Made by a program: the position numbers and the translations under genes. A DNA stretch of 38,073 nt, from positions 1 through 38,073 of the forward strand of contig JBJOMY010000010.1 of NCBI GenBank assembly GCA_046052125.1. Reading direction: 5' to 3'. Shown in pieces: positions 1 through 11,434 of the stretch (its first letter is position 1; each line of letters opens with the position of its first letter). A model generated the notes under the pieces. That model worked only from the letters and a program-made list of their open reading frames with translations, searched no databases and had not been told where the DNA came from. This DNA comes from Cyanobacteriota bacterium. Its GTDB lineage: Bacteria > Cyanobacteriota > Cyanobacteriia > PCC-6307 > Cyanobiaceae.

Positions 1-175
1 CAGTTCCTAAACGTTTCAGTTGTCCAGGTGCTCCTTAAACTCCGCCCTCTCAGGCTCGGCTCTCGGATCTGCGGCCTCGCGACCGCCTCTTGAACCTACA
101 TCACCGGTCTCCCGGCTCTTTCGGTTCCCGCTCTTGGCCTTGCGGCTTGCGAGCGGATTCAAAACCTACCAGAGC
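1..175 (-). promoter_or_regulatory. Probable rRNA operon promoter/leader (tandem -10 elements, GNRA hairpins, boxA-like motif); 16S gene expected beyond left edge
   Basis: Minus strand has two TAGGTT -10-like hexamers (168-163, 98-93), GNRA-capped hairpins (156-128, 116-103, 86-71), and GCACCTGGACAACTGAA (31-15), which resembles cyanobacterial rrn boxA, followed by TTTAGGAACTG at the edge. Confidence 0.7.
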
Positions 176-195
176 GACTGACCCTCTGAGCCGGA

Positions 196-504
196 TCAGT
201 CAGCAGAGGGGTCCTCGGCTGGGCCAAGCGCCATCTCCAGGCTCGAGAGGAGCAGCGAGAGCGCCGCAGCGCGGCTCAGATCCGGGCCGCACACCTGCGA
301 CAACCACTGCTCCGCCAACACCTCCAGATCGGTGAAGAGCGCCTGACCGGCCAGGAGCCGCTGCATCACCTGATCCACCTGGGCGGCATCGAGCTCCGGC
401 AACGGGCCGACCACATAGCGGCGACCGTCATCACCGATGTAGGTGAGATTGCCCTCGGCATCGAAGACCGGAACGGCATGGGGGGTGATGGGCTGCTCCT
501 CCAT
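196..504 (-). CDS. Hypothetical protein (~102 aa)
   Basis: ATG at 504 (MEEQPITPHAVPVFDAEGNLTYIGDDGRRYVVG...); protein-like composition; the longer upstream extension overlaps the AEC gene. Confidence 0.6.
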   Translation of the reverse strand: MEEQPITPHAVPVFDAEGNLTYIGDDGRRYVVGPLPELDAAQVDQVMQRLLAGQALFTDLEVLAEQWLSQVCGPDLSRAAALSLLLSSLEMALGPAEDPSAD

Positions 505-568
505 GGCTTCCGCTCGCATTGCTTCAGCGTTAGCGCTGCCAGCTCCAGGCGGCAACCGCTGCCAGGGT

Positions 569-2362
<1,794 letters not shown>

Positions 2363-2381
2363 TCACCATACGGGCAAGACC

Positions 2382-2741
2382 TCAGACGGGCAGAGCCCCA
2401 TCGCGGTCGGAGCGGAAGCGCAACTCCAGATCAGGCAAGCGGGCTGCCGCCAGATCCAGCAATTGATGGAACACCGCCAGGGTCTTGGGGGCACCCTGCC
2501 CCATCGGCTCACGGCTCATCAGCACCAGCTCCAGCAACGGCCCCTCCGCCTTGGCCTGCACATCAGCGAACAACTGCATCCGCAACTGTTCATGGCCGCC
2601 CCGCAAGAGCGCACTGAAATGCGCCGGTGTGCGGTGATCCACTTCAGCGTGCATCGCATCGAGCACCGGCTGCAGGCCATCGATCAAGGCCGCGGGCGCT
2701 GCTGCTCCCCTGGGCTTGAACACGGTGAGAAAACGGGCCAT
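2382..2741 (-). CDS. Hypothetical protein (119 aa)
   Basis: ATG-started ORF filling the gap between co-oriented neighbours; 5 bp from the upstream stop. Confidence 0.65.
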   Translation of the reverse strand: MARFLTVFKPRGAAAPAALIDGLQPVLDAMHAEVDHRTPAHFSALLRGGHEQLRMQLFADVQAKAEGPLLELVLMSREPMGQGAPKTLAVFHQLLDLAAARLPDLELRFRSDRDGALPV

Positions 2742-2746
2742 GGCGC

Positions 2747-3307
2747 TCAGCCCTCCTTCTGGCCAGCTTCGAACTGATCGCTGAGCAGCCGCCGCTGGTA
2801 TTCCGCCGCCAGGGCATTGAGATGCGCTTCAGCCGCCTCCACCATCTCCTCATCGATCTGGTCAAAGGCGCGCCCCTCCGGCACCGCCATGCCCAGCACC
2901 AACGCCAGGGCATCAAACAACCGCACCTGATCGTTCTGCCAGGCCTGGTAGTCGCCGGCCAGGTCAGCGAGGTCCTGCTCCTCCAGCTCCCCGCGCTCCA
3001 CATCGGTGCGCAGGTTCTGGATCTGCCCCAGCCGCGCCGACGTCACCAGGGCATGGGCCGCCGCCAGCGCCGCCAGCGCATCACAGGCCTCACGCTTGAG
3101 CACGGTGAGATCGCGGCTGCGCACAGCCTTCTCGATCGAGAGGGGCGGACGCACTCCGGGCAGCTGGGTCATCGCCGCAGGCTGCCGCGGCTCAGGCGGC
3201 AGGGTGATGCGGGCTGGCGCTGGGGGTAAGGGCTGAGGCGGTTTCAGCGCAGCGCCCCAGCGCATGAGGGTGTCAGCCAGCCGCGTGCGCCATCCCCGCC
3301 TGGACAT
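2747..3307 (-). CDS. Hypothetical protein, helical C-terminal region
   Basis: ATG at 3307 (MSRRGWRT...); Pro-rich linker then acidic amphipathic helices. Confidence 0.65.
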   Translation of the reverse strand: MSRRGWRTRLADTLMRWGAALKPPQPLPPAPARITLPPEPRQPAAMTQLPGVRPPLSIEKAVRSRDLTVLKREACDALAALAAAHALVTSARLGQIQNLRTDVERGELEEQDLADLAGDYQAWQNDQVRLFDALALVLGMAVPEGRAFDQIDEEMVEAAEAHLNALAAEYQRRLLSDQFEAGQKEG

Positions 3308-3376
3308 CACCTGCTCACGCCACTGCACTCAATCTGACTCCAAACGGCCCCCGCAGACGGAGGGAAAGCCGAAGAA

Positions 3377-4051
3377 TCAGCTGCTGGCCGCTGAGCCCAG
3401 AGCCTGCAGCAACGACACCAAGCCAAAGACCAAGAACAGCCCGCCACTGAGGCGATACAGGAGCCGTTCATCCACGCGGCCTCCGATCCATTGACCGGCG
3501 CCCACCGCCAGCCACGTGACCAGCGCATGGCCAGCGAGGCTGCCCGCGAGCAAGCCAACGAAGCTGAACACCGCGGCAGGAGCGGTGGCGAGCACGATCG
3601 TGGCGAACTGGGTGCGATCCCCCAGCTCCGCCACGAACACCAGCGCAAACGATTCCCAGATCACAGCCCAGGTGCCGGCTGCAGCCTGCCTGCGTTCGGC
3701 GGCCTTCACCGCCTCCTCGGCCTCATCCGCTTCCTCTTGAGCGGCAGCCGCCCCCAAACCTTGCGCGTCGATCAGCAGCTTGATGCCGAATCCCAGGAAC
3801 AGCAGCGCCGCCAACCAGGGCACCAGGCTCTGAGGCAGCAGCTCCCGCAGGCCGTAACCCACCCCCAGCGAGAGCAGGGTGACCACCGCCAGGGCTGCAA
3901 AAGCGCCGACAAACACCAGCCTGGCGCTGTGGCGCACCGCCAGGATCAGGGCCATAAAGAAGGTCTTGTCGCCCAGTTCAGCCAGGGTGATGGCTGTGAG
4001 GCTCGAGCCAAAGGCCGCCAGGCCCGGATCCGAGGGAAGAGAAGGGGGCAT
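3377..4051 (-). CDS. TMEM165/GDT1 (UPF0016) family Mn2+/Ca2+ transporter (Mnx-like)
   Basis: Two signature motifs AELGDKTFF and AELGDRTQF; about 6 TM helices with an acidic central loop. Confidence 0.92.
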   Translation of the reverse strand: MPPSLPSDPGLAAFGSSLTAITLAELGDKTFFMALILAVRHSARLVFVGAFAALAVVTLLSLGVGYGLRELLPQSLVPWLAALLFLGFGIKLLIDAQGLGAAAAQEEADEAEEAVKAAERRQAAAGTWAVIWESFALVFVAELGDRTQFATIVLATAPAAVFSFVGLLAGSLAGHALVTWLAVGAGQWIGGRVDERLLYRLSGGLFLVFGLVSLLQALGSAASS

Positions 4052-4123
4052 GCCTGATCGCGAGGACAGCCGAGCTGGGTCGGCCGTCACTTCTAGAGTG
4101 GACCCTCGGCAGATCGGCTGAGC

Positions 4124-5245
4124 GTGGCCACCTCCATTCAGCAACACGCAATTGCTCCCGGCGTTGTGCTGCGCGGGGATGGGGCCTGGCAGGAGGCCCT
4201 GCCCGCCATCGCCCAAATCAGCCAACAACCGTTTCTGTTGGGGCGCAGTGCCGCCACCCTCGCCCTGCGCGAGCAGCTGGCAGCCGATCTGAGCGCCCGC
4301 GGGCTTGCGGTGCAGGGCGGTGCGTTAGCCCACGATTGCTGCGAGCTGGATCTGGAGCGGCTGAGCCGGCAGATCACAGCCGCTGGCTGCGACGCCGTTT
4401 TGGCGGCTGGTGGCGGCAAGGTGCTTGACGCCGGCAAGCTGCTCGCCCATCGCCTCCAGCTTCCCTGCATCACGGTGCCCACCAGTGCGGCCACCTGTGC
4501 CGGTTGGACCGCTCTGGCCAACATCTATTCAGAGGAGGGAGCCTTTCGGGGCGATGTCGCCCTCGATCGCTGCCCCGAGCTGCTGGTGTTCGACCACCAA
4601 CTGGTGCGTCAAGCCCCAGCTCACACCCTCGCCAGCGGCATCGCTGATGCCATGGCGAAGTGGTACGAGGCTTCCGTGAGCAGTGGGGCCAGCAGCGATG
4701 GGCTGGTGCAGCAGGCAGTGCAGATGGCGCGGGTGCTGCGGGACCAACTGCTGCTCGATTCCCGCGAAGCCACCAAGAATCCTGGCAGTGAGGCCTGGGT
4801 GCGGGTGGCGGAAGCCTGCGGCCTCACCGCCGGCCTGATCGGGGGCATCGGCGGTGCCCGCTGCCGCACGGTGGCCGCCCATGCCGTGCACAACGGCCTC
4901 ACCCAGTTGGAGGCCAGCCATGGCCGCCTGCATGGCGAGAAGGTGGGCTTTGGGATCCTGGTGCAGCTGCGGCTCGAAGAGGTGATCGGCGGCAATCGCC
5001 TCGCCGGTCAGGCCCGGAGGCAATTGCTCCCCTTCTTCCTAGAGCTCGGACTGCCCGTGAGCCTGGAGGATCTGGGCCTGGCTCAAGCCAGCCTCAGCGA
5101 CCTGCAGCAGGTGGCCTCTTTCGCCTGTCGCCCCGGCTCCGATCTGCACCATCTGCCCTTCCCGGTGGGCCCCAGCGATCTCCTGGCGGCCCTGGTGAGC
5201 AGCACCACCACGAGCGAAGCGCTGCTGCCCGCTCCCCAGGGCTGA
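4124..5245 (+). CDS. Glycerol dehydrogenase-like iron-containing alcohol dehydrogenase family protein
   Basis: AAGGGKVLDAGK, VPTSAATCA, GIADAMAKWYE, AHAVHNGLT, LHGEKVGFG. Confidence 0.88.
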   Translation: MATSIQQHAIAPGVVLRGDGAWQEALPAIAQISQQPFLLGRSAATLALREQLAADLSARGLAVQGGALAHDCCELDLERLSRQITAAGCDAVLAAGGGKVLDAGKLLAHRLQLPCITVPTSAATCAGWTALANIYSEEGAFRGDVALDRCPELLVFDHQLVRQAPAHTLASGIADAMAKWYEASVSSGASSDGLVQQAVQMARVLRDQLLLDSREATKNPGSEAWVRVAEACGLTAGLIGGIGGARCRTVAAHAVHNGLTQLEASHGRLHGEKVGFGILVQLRLEEVIGGNRLAGQARRQLLPFFLELGLPVSLEDLGLAQASLSDLQQVASFACRPGSDLHHLPFPVGPSDLLAALVSSTTTSEALLPAPQG

Positions 5246-5251
5246 GCAGGC

Positions 5252-6133
5252 ATGGCGAACACAACCGATCTAGAGCCGCAGCAGCTGTTGGCGCACGCCG
5301 CCGATCACCTGCTCGATCCAGATGGCCGTGCCTTGGCCGCTGCGGTGCAGTGGTGGTCGCTCCCCGGCCTAGACGCAGGCCCCTGGCCGGTGGCGGTGAT
5401 CGGAGCCGGCCCGCCCGTGCTGGCACTGCATGGCTTCGACAGCTCCCATCTGGAATACCGGCGGCTCGCACCGCTGTTAGCCGGCAGTCATCAGCTGTTC
5501 ATCCCCGATCTGTTCGGCTTCGGCTTTTGCCCGCGGCCGCTGGAGGCCAGCTACGGCCCTGAAGCCGTGCTCGATCACCTCGAGCGTGTGCTGGCAGAGG
5601 TGTTGCAGCGCAGCGGCGCGGCCCAGGTGGGCTTGATCGGTGCCTCCATGGGCGGATCGGTGGCCGTGGAACTGGCCCGGCGCTGCCCGGAGCAGATCGA
5701 GCGCTTGCTGTTGCTGGCGCCGGCGGGGCTCACCGGCAAACCGATGCCCGTACCCGCTCCGCTCAATCAAATGGGCGCCCGCTTCCTGGGGCTACCGGCG
5801 ATCCGCCGCGGCCTGTGCCGCTCGGCCTTTGCCATGCCGGATCGGGACGTGGGGCCCGCTGAACTGGAAATCGCCTCGCTGCATCTGCGCTGCCCCAACT
5901 GGGCCGGTGCCCTGGCGGCCTTTGCCGGCAGCGGTGGCTTTGCCGGCTGCGGCGATCCTTTGCCTCCTCAGCCGCTGGAGGTGCTTTGGGGCGTGAACGA
6001 TCGCATCCTGCGACCACCGCAGAAGCGCGCCGCCCAAAGTCTGTTAGGAGAACGCATCACCGAGCTGGAATGCTGCGGGCATCTGCCCCACATCGACCAG
6101 CCCACCACCGTGGCTCGCATTTGGCATGGCTGA
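5252..6133 (+). CDS. Alpha/beta fold hydrolase
   Basis: LHGFDSS, PDLFGFGF, nucleophile GASMGG, WGVNDRIL, CGHLPH. Confidence 0.9.
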   Translation: MANTTDLEPQQLLAHAADHLLDPDGRALAAAVQWWSLPGLDAGPWPVAVIGAGPPVLALHGFDSSHLEYRRLAPLLAGSHQLFIPDLFGFGFCPRPLEASYGPEAVLDHLERVLAEVLQRSGAAQVGLIGASMGGSVAVELARRCPEQIERLLLLAPAGLTGKPMPVPAPLNQMGARFLGLPAIRRGLCRSAFAMPDRDVGPAELEIASLHLRCPNWAGALAAFAGSGGFAGCGDPLPPQPLEVLWGVNDRILRPPQKRAAQSLLGERITELECCGHLPHIDQPTTVARIWHG

Positions 6134-6749
6134 CGACGCTGATTCGCAACGCTCCAGCCCCGTGCTTCAACTGCTGGCCAGCGGCCTGCAGTTCTGGATC
6201 CGCCAGCAATGCGAAGCGGTGGAGAGCTTGGAGCTGCAACTGCATGGCTCCGGGCTCGGGCTGCTGCGCGGCCGCTTGGAGGGTGTGAGCCTGGTGGCGC
6301 GGCGGGTGGTGTTCAGCTCCCTGGAAATCGAAATGGTGGAGCTGCGCAGCGATGCGATTCAGGTGCAGGTGGGCAACCTGCTGCGCGGAAAGGCGGTGCA
6401 ACTGGATCATCCCTTTCAAATCGAGGGGTATGCAGCCTTCTCGGGCCCCGGCTTGAGCCGCTCCTTCTGCACCCCCCACTGGAGACCCCTCGGCGATCAG
6501 ATCGTGGATGCCCTGCTAGGCCTCACCCCCCTGCAGAAACTGACCATCGAACGGGATCGCCTCGTGCTTCAGGCCCAGGAGCGGCGCTGCGAAACCACCC
6601 CCAGCGCGGTGGATGGCGGCCTGCAGCTCTGCACCAACAACGAAGGGCCTTGTTTCGCCCTGCCCGCTGATCCGAACATCAGCATCCGCGAGGCCAACCT
6701 CGAGGGCGGGCTGCTGCAGCTGCACGGCACGGCCCGCGTTTCGCCCTAG
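6126..6749 (+). CDS. DUF2993/LmeA-like protein
   Basis: LQFWIRQQCEAVESLELQLHGS..LLRGRLEGVSL pattern typical of this cyanobacterial family; overlaps the upstream stop. Confidence 0.65.
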   Translation: MADDADSQRSSPVLQLLASGLQFWIRQQCEAVESLELQLHGSGLGLLRGRLEGVSLVARRVVFSSLEIEMVELRSDAIQVQVGNLLRGKAVQLDHPFQIEGYAAFSGPGLSRSFCTPHWRPLGDQIVDALLGLTPLQKLTIERDRLVLQAQERRCETTPSAVDGGLQLCTNNEGPCFALPADPNISIREANLEGGLLQLHGTARVSP

Positions 6750-7654
6750 CGGATTAGCGGCAGGAGCAGGGTCACCACGGTGAAAAACACCGCCGGGGTG
6801 AAGAGATAGCTATCGATGCGATCGAGGATCCCGCCGTGGCCCGGCAAGAGATCACCGGAATCCTTCACGCCGGCATCGCGCTTCATCATCGATTCGGTGA
6901 GATCGCCCACCAGGGCAAACAGCGCCACCACCACACCCAAGAGCGCCCCCACGGCCCAACCCCAGTTCCAGCCGAGCAGCTCGGCGAACACGGCCCCGAG
7001 CAGCCCGGCGCAGCCCACACCACCCAGGGCCCCTTCCACGGTTTTGCCTGGGGAGATCGGCGAGAGGGGGCGGCGGCCATAGCGCCGGCCGATCACGTAG
7101 GAACCAATGTCGGTGGCCACGATCAGGAAGCAGGCCATCAGCATCAGCACCATCCCCGAATTGAGATGGGGCCAATGGCCGCTCCAGGCGCTCAACCGCG
7201 GTGCCAGGGCCGGGTCGGTGAGATCGCGCAAGCGGATCCAGTAGCTCGGCAGAAAGCCCAGATAAAAGAGGGCAAAAATCGAGGCTGCAATGTCGGCGAT
7301 GCTGCCGGTGAGCGGCTGCAGCAGCAGCCATCCGCAGATCGCCGCTCCGGAGAGGGGCAACACGGCGGCCGCAAGATCCGTGGCAAAACCCACGGCCTGG
7401 GCATCACTGCCATGGGCCCACTGGGTGGTGATCAACAGCAGTTGGACCAACACCAGCGTGGTTTTGCTGGCGGGGCGGATGCCCTTGAAGCGAGCCAGCC
7501 GGAAGTACTCCAGGAGGCCCAGGTGCACCATCACCCCCAGAGCGAGGGTGAACCACCAGCCGCCGAGCACCACCACCACAAACCCGAACGCGCCCACGGC
7601 GTAGCCGCTCAGCAGGCGCTGCGGCGAGGTGCGGGTGCGCGGGGTCGGGATCAA
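6746..7654 (-). CDS. cdsA: Phosphatidate cytidylyltransferase
   Basis: TDIGSY, SPISPGKTVEG, GDLTESMMKRDAGVKDSG..LPGHGGILDRIDS. Confidence 0.95.
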   Translation of the reverse strand: MIPTPRTRTSPQRLLSGYAVGAFGFVVVVLGGWWFTLALGVMVHLGLLEYFRLARFKGIRPASKTTLVLVQLLLITTQWAHGSDAQAVGFATDLAAAVLPLSGAAICGWLLLQPLTGSIADIAASIFALFYLGFLPSYWIRLRDLTDPALAPRLSAWSGHWPHLNSGMVLMLMACFLIVATDIGSYVIGRRYGRRPLSPISPGKTVEGALGGVGCAGLLGAVFAELLGWNWGWAVGALLGVVVALFALVGDLTESMMKRDAGVKDSGDLLPGHGGILDRIDSYLFTPAVFFTVVTLLLPLIR

Positions 7655-8265
7655 GGGCGTTCGGCAGCGATCAGGAACAACGGCTCTGCGGCCGCCAGCC
7701 TGGCCTGGCTGCCGCGGCGCTGCATGCGGTGCACCGTGGCCTGCACCACCTGCAGATCCCGCGCTTCAAGGCGACTGAGGGTGTCGGTGGCATCCACCAA
7801 TCCCTCCAGGCTGGCGGTGCTGATCACCAAACGGCCCGCAGGAACCAGGGCCTCCCACACCAGATCAAGCACCTCCCGGAGGGGCCGGCCCACCTCCAGC
7901 AGCACGCGATCCGGTTGCGGCGGCAATTGCGCCAGCCCCTCCGGAGCATCGCCGGCATGAATGTGCAGGTTGTCGATGCCGAAGCGCTGGCGGTTACGCC
8001 GCAGCAACTCCACCGCCTCGGGATCACGCTCGAGGGTATGCACCTGGCCGGCAGGCATCAGCCGGGCGATCTCCAAGGCCAAGGCACCGGTGCCGCCGCC
8101 CACATCCCACACGAGCGAATCGTGGCGCGGTCGCAGATGGGAGAGCAGCATGACCCGCTGCTCCATCGGGGTGGGGCTGAAGCCAGGGGCATCGGCAAAG
8201 GCCGCATCGGGCAGCCCGGGCGTTACGAAGTCCCACTGGAAGGGGCCATCGCCTGGCGAGCCCAT
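7651..8265 (-). CDS. cbiT: Precorrin-6B/cobalt-precorrin-6B C15-methyltransferase (decarboxylating)
   Basis: WDFVTPGLPDAAF N-terminus; SAM-binding VWDVGGGTGALALE; GRLVISTASLE. Confidence 0.85.
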   Translation of the reverse strand: MGSPGDGPFQWDFVTPGLPDAAFADAPGFSPTPMEQRVMLLSHLRPRHDSLVWDVGGGTGALALEIARLMPAGQVHTLERDPEAVELLRRNRQRFGIDNLHIHAGDAPEGLAQLPPQPDRVLLEVGRPLREVLDLVWEALVPAGRLVISTASLEGLVDATDTLSRLEARDLQVVQATVHRMQRRGSQARLAAAEPLFLIAAERP

Positions 8266-8272
8266 CCGCTTC

Positions 8273-9682
8273 TCAACCGGCCACAACGCTCACCGTATCA
8301 GCGATCTGACCAGGCCAAAGCCTGTGTTGCTGCTGCAGCCATTCAGCGCGCTGCGCATCGATGCGCTCCCCTGGAATCAGCAGCGGGATCCCTGGGGGGT
8401 AGGGGCAGAGCGGTTCGGCGGCCAGTCGACCGGCCGCTGCGGCCAGGGACACCCGCTCGTGCGGCGCTCGCCAGGCCTGCGTAAGCGGCATTTCTGGTTC
8501 AGCGAGCGGCGGGATCGGTGCTGGCGAGAAGGGAGCCAAGGCCGCGCCGCCCAGGGCTCGCTGCAACTGCTGCAGGCGGCGGGGCAACAGCCGCAGCAGG
8601 CCCCGCGGTGGCGCCAGCCCCAGGCAAAAGCTGAGGCAACCGGGCTCCGGCAGCTCCGCAATCACGCCTCGCTCCATCAACCAGGCATCGGCATCGAGAC
8701 CATTGATCCCCAGGGCGGCGGTGTGAAGGCAGAGGCGCAGGGGATCCTGGTTGGCCAGCAGCGGGAATCCCAGCTGCTCCAGCCGCCGCTGCAGCGCCAC
8801 GCCGGTATCGATGGCCGCTCCTAAACGGCGGCGGCCAGCGGCGCTGTGCAAATCGCTGAGGGCCGCCGCCGCCGAGGCCAGCAACAGGGCGCTGGGACTA
8901 GAGGTTTGCAACCAGAGCAAAGCCCGCTCGATCGCGGCGCTACGAGCCTCAACCACGGCCGGCTCTGGGCCCCGCGCCTGCACCAGCACCGCGCTCTGGG
9001 CCAAGCCACCAGCCGCCTTCTGGAGAGACTGCACCACCAGATCAGCACCACAGGCCAAACCAGCCTTCGGCAAGCGCGGATCCAAGCCCAGATGGGCACC
9101 GTGAGCCTCATCCAGCAACACGGGCAGCCCGCGGCGATGCACCGCAGCGATCAGGCCAGGCAGATCTGCCGCCAGGCCCTGATAGCTGGGGGAGACCAGC
9201 ACCACCGCCGCCAAGGGCCCTCCAGCCAGGGCGGCATCCAGATGCCGGGCCAGCGTCTCGGCTGTGGGTGGCATCCACTGCCCGGTAGCAGGATCAAACG
9301 GAAGATCGAAGAGCACCGGCCGCAGCTGTCCGAGCACGCAGCCATGCAGCAGGGAGCGATGCAGGTTGCGGGGCAGCAACACCCGATCACCCGGCTGGGC
9401 CAAAGCCAACAGCGCCACCTGCAGCAACCCGCTGGCCCCATTGACGCCGAACCAGCAGCGATCGGCGCCAAGCAACGCGGCGGCAGCGGATTGGGCCTCA
9501 GCCACGGCCCCCTCCATCTCCAGAGGGCCACCGATCTCCGGCAACTCAGGTAGATCCCAGCGACCCGGTGGCTGGCGCAGCAGGCGCCGCAGCTCCGGGG
9601 CCAACGCACGGCCCCGGCCGTGGGCCGGAAGATGCAGGGGCAGTGGGGGCGGCCCCGCCAGCAGGCGCTCCAGCAGAGCCAT
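8273..9682 (-). CDS. Orn/Lys/Arg decarboxylase family PLP-dependent enzyme
   Basis: LHLPAHGRG, DLPELPEIG, FGVNGASG, PRNLHRS, LDEAHGAH, QSLQK, LQTSSPS, CPYPPGIPLLIPGE. Confidence 0.88.
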   Translation of the reverse strand: MALLERLLAGPPPLPLHLPAHGRGRALAPELRRLLRQPPGRWDLPELPEIGGPLEMEGAVAEAQSAAAALLGADRCWFGVNGASGLLQVALLALAQPGDRVLLPRNLHRSLLHGCVLGQLRPVLFDLPFDPATGQWMPPTAETLARHLDAALAGGPLAAVVLVSPSYQGLAADLPGLIAAVHRRGLPVLLDEAHGAHLGLDPRLPKAGLACGADLVVQSLQKAAGGLAQSAVLVQARGPEPAVVEARSAAIERALLWLQTSSPSALLLASAAAALSDLHSAAGRRRLGAAIDTGVALQRRLEQLGFPLLANQDPLRLCLHTAALGINGLDADAWLMERGVIAELPEPGCLSFCLGLAPPRGLLRLLPRRLQQLQRALGGAALAPFSPAPIPPLAEPEMPLTQAWRAPHERVSLAAAAGRLAAEPLCPYPPGIPLLIPGERIDAQRAEWLQQQHRLWPGQIADTVSVVAG

Positions 9683-9734
9683 GGCCCCTCGGGCGTTCTC
9701 CCTAGAGTTTGATCCTCTCCTGCCGCGGCCGATT

Positions 9735-11408
9735 TTGAGCAGCCCCGCCCATCGATACGACCCAGGGGCTGATCTGCGCTGGCTACTGCTGCGTCCCTGG
9801 CAGTTGATCGGTCGGCTCACGGTGCTGCTCAGCCAGCTGCTCTCCTTGGCGTTGGTGCTCGTCATCCAGGGCGGCAGTAACGATCCAAAGGTTCAACAGC
9901 GCCTGGGCAAGCGCATCTTCACCACCCTCACCAACCTGGGGCCCTGTTTCATCAAGCTCGGCCAGGCCCTCTCCACCCGCCCTGATCTGGTGCGGCGTGA
10001 CTGGCTCGATGAGCTCACCAAGCTCCAGGACAACCTGCCGGCCTTCCCCCACGCCATCGCGCTCCGCACGATCGAGGACGAGCTCGGGGCACCGGTGGAG
10101 CAGCTCTTTGAGGAGTTCCCTGATCACCCCGTCGCGGCCGCGAGCCTGGGACAGGTGTACCGGGCCAAGCCGGTGGGCGGCTCCTGGGTGGCGGTGAAAG
10201 TGCAGCGCCCCAAGCTCACCGAACAATTGCGCCGCGACATGGTGCTGATTCGCCTGTTGGGGGTGATCACAGCGCCGCTGCTCCCCCTCAACCTGGGCTT
10301 CGGGCTCGGCGACATCATTGATGAGTTCGGCCGATCCCTGTTCGAAGAGATCGACTACCGCCGCGAGGCCGATAACGCCGAACGCTTCGCGCGGCTGTTC
10401 GCCAACAACCCGGCCGTGATCGTGCCGCGGGTGGACCGCAGCCTCTCCGCCCAACGGGTGATCACCACCACCTGGATCAACGGCACCAAGCTGCAGCAAC
10501 GCCAGGAACTGGAGGCCCAACGCCTGGATCCGGCCTCGCTGATTCGCACCGGTGTGATCTCCGGCCTGCAGCAGCTGCTGGAATTCGGCTACTTCCACGC
10601 CGATCCCCACCCCGGCAACCTCTTTGCCCTGCCTGGCAAGACCGGTGCCATGGGCCATCTGGCCTATGTGGATTTCGGAATGATGGATTCGATCAGCGAC
10701 AGCGATCGCCTCACCCTCACAGGCGCCGTCGTTCACCTGATCAACCGCGACTTCGCTGCCCTGGCGCAGGACTTTGTTGCTCTGGGTTTTCTGAATCCCA
10801 GTACAGACCTGTCCCCGATCGTGCCGGCCCTGGAAGAGGTGCTCGGTGGTGCCCTGGGCGACAACGTGGGCTCCTTCAACTTCAAGGCGATCACCGATCG
10901 CTTCTCGGAGTTGATGTATGCCTACCCCTTCCGGGTGCCGGCGCGTTTTGCGCTGATCATCCGGGCGGTGGTGAGCCAGGAGGGTCTGGCGCTGCGGCTG
11001 GATCCGAGCTTCCGGATCATTCGCGTGGCCTACCCCTACGTGGCCCGCCGCTTGCTGGCGGGCGACACCGCTGAGATGCGCGAAAAATTGCTCGAGGTTC
11101 TGTTTGATCGCGAGGGGCGGCTGCAGCTCGAGCGCCTGGAAAACCTCCTGGCGGTGGTGGAGAACGACGAAGGTTCAGTTGGGCCAGAACTGCTGCCCGT
11201 TGCGGGTGCGGGTCTGAAGCTGCTGCTGGGCCAGGAGGGCCGCAGCCTGCGCCAGCGCCTGCTGCTCACCCTGGTGCGCGACGACCGTCTGAACACCGAA
11301 GACATTCGCGGCCTGTTTGAGCTATTGGGGCGCACTTTTGCTCCGCAGCGACTGGCGCGGCGCATGCGCGATCAATTGCTGACCCGGCTGAACCCCCTGG
11401 CCGCTTAG
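9735..11408 (+). CDS. ABC1/AarF/UbiB family atypical kinase
   Basis: LGPCFIKLGQALSTRPD, AAASLGQVY, VAVKVQRP, FHADPHPGN, DFGMM; start codon uncertain (TTG 9735 chosen). Confidence 0.92.
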   Translation: MSSPAHRYDPGADLRWLLLRPWQLIGRLTVLLSQLLSLALVLVIQGGSNDPKVQQRLGKRIFTTLTNLGPCFIKLGQALSTRPDLVRRDWLDELTKLQDNLPAFPHAIALRTIEDELGAPVEQLFEEFPDHPVAAASLGQVYRAKPVGGSWVAVKVQRPKLTEQLRRDMVLIRLLGVITAPLLPLNLGFGLGDIIDEFGRSLFEEIDYRREADNAERFARLFANNPAVIVPRVDRSLSAQRVITTTWINGTKLQQRQELEAQRLDPASLIRTGVISGLQQLLEFGYFHADPHPGNLFALPGKTGAMGHLAYVDFGMMDSISDSDRLTLTGAVVHLINRDFAALAQDFVALGFLNPSTDLSPIVPALEEVLGGALGDNVGSFNFKAITDRFSELMYAYPFRVPARFALIIRAVVSQEGLALRLDPSFRIIRVAYPYVARRLLAGDTAEMREKLLEVLFDREGRLQLERLENLLAVVENDEGSVGPELLPVAGAGLKLLLGQEGRSLRQRLLLTLVRDDRLNTEDIRGLFELLGRTFAPQRLARRMRDQLLTRLNPLAA

Positions 11409-11434
11409 GGTCGGCGCCACCTGAGCGCAGAGCG

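Noticed and set aside
1..190. Possible tRNA or stand-alone ncRNA from the hairpin cluster
   Set aside because: No cloverleaf or T-loop GTTC motif in context; better explained as an rrn leader.
4052..4123. yybP-ykoY Mn riboswitch upstream of the TMEM165/GDT1 gene
   Set aside because: Only 72 bp of divergent intergenic space; short inverted repeats are present but no recognisable riboswitch consensus.
10702..10709. HIP1 palindrome GCGATCGC (also near 13939, 27292, 36018)
   Set aside because: Only scattered copies noticed; cannot show enrichment over expectation without counting.
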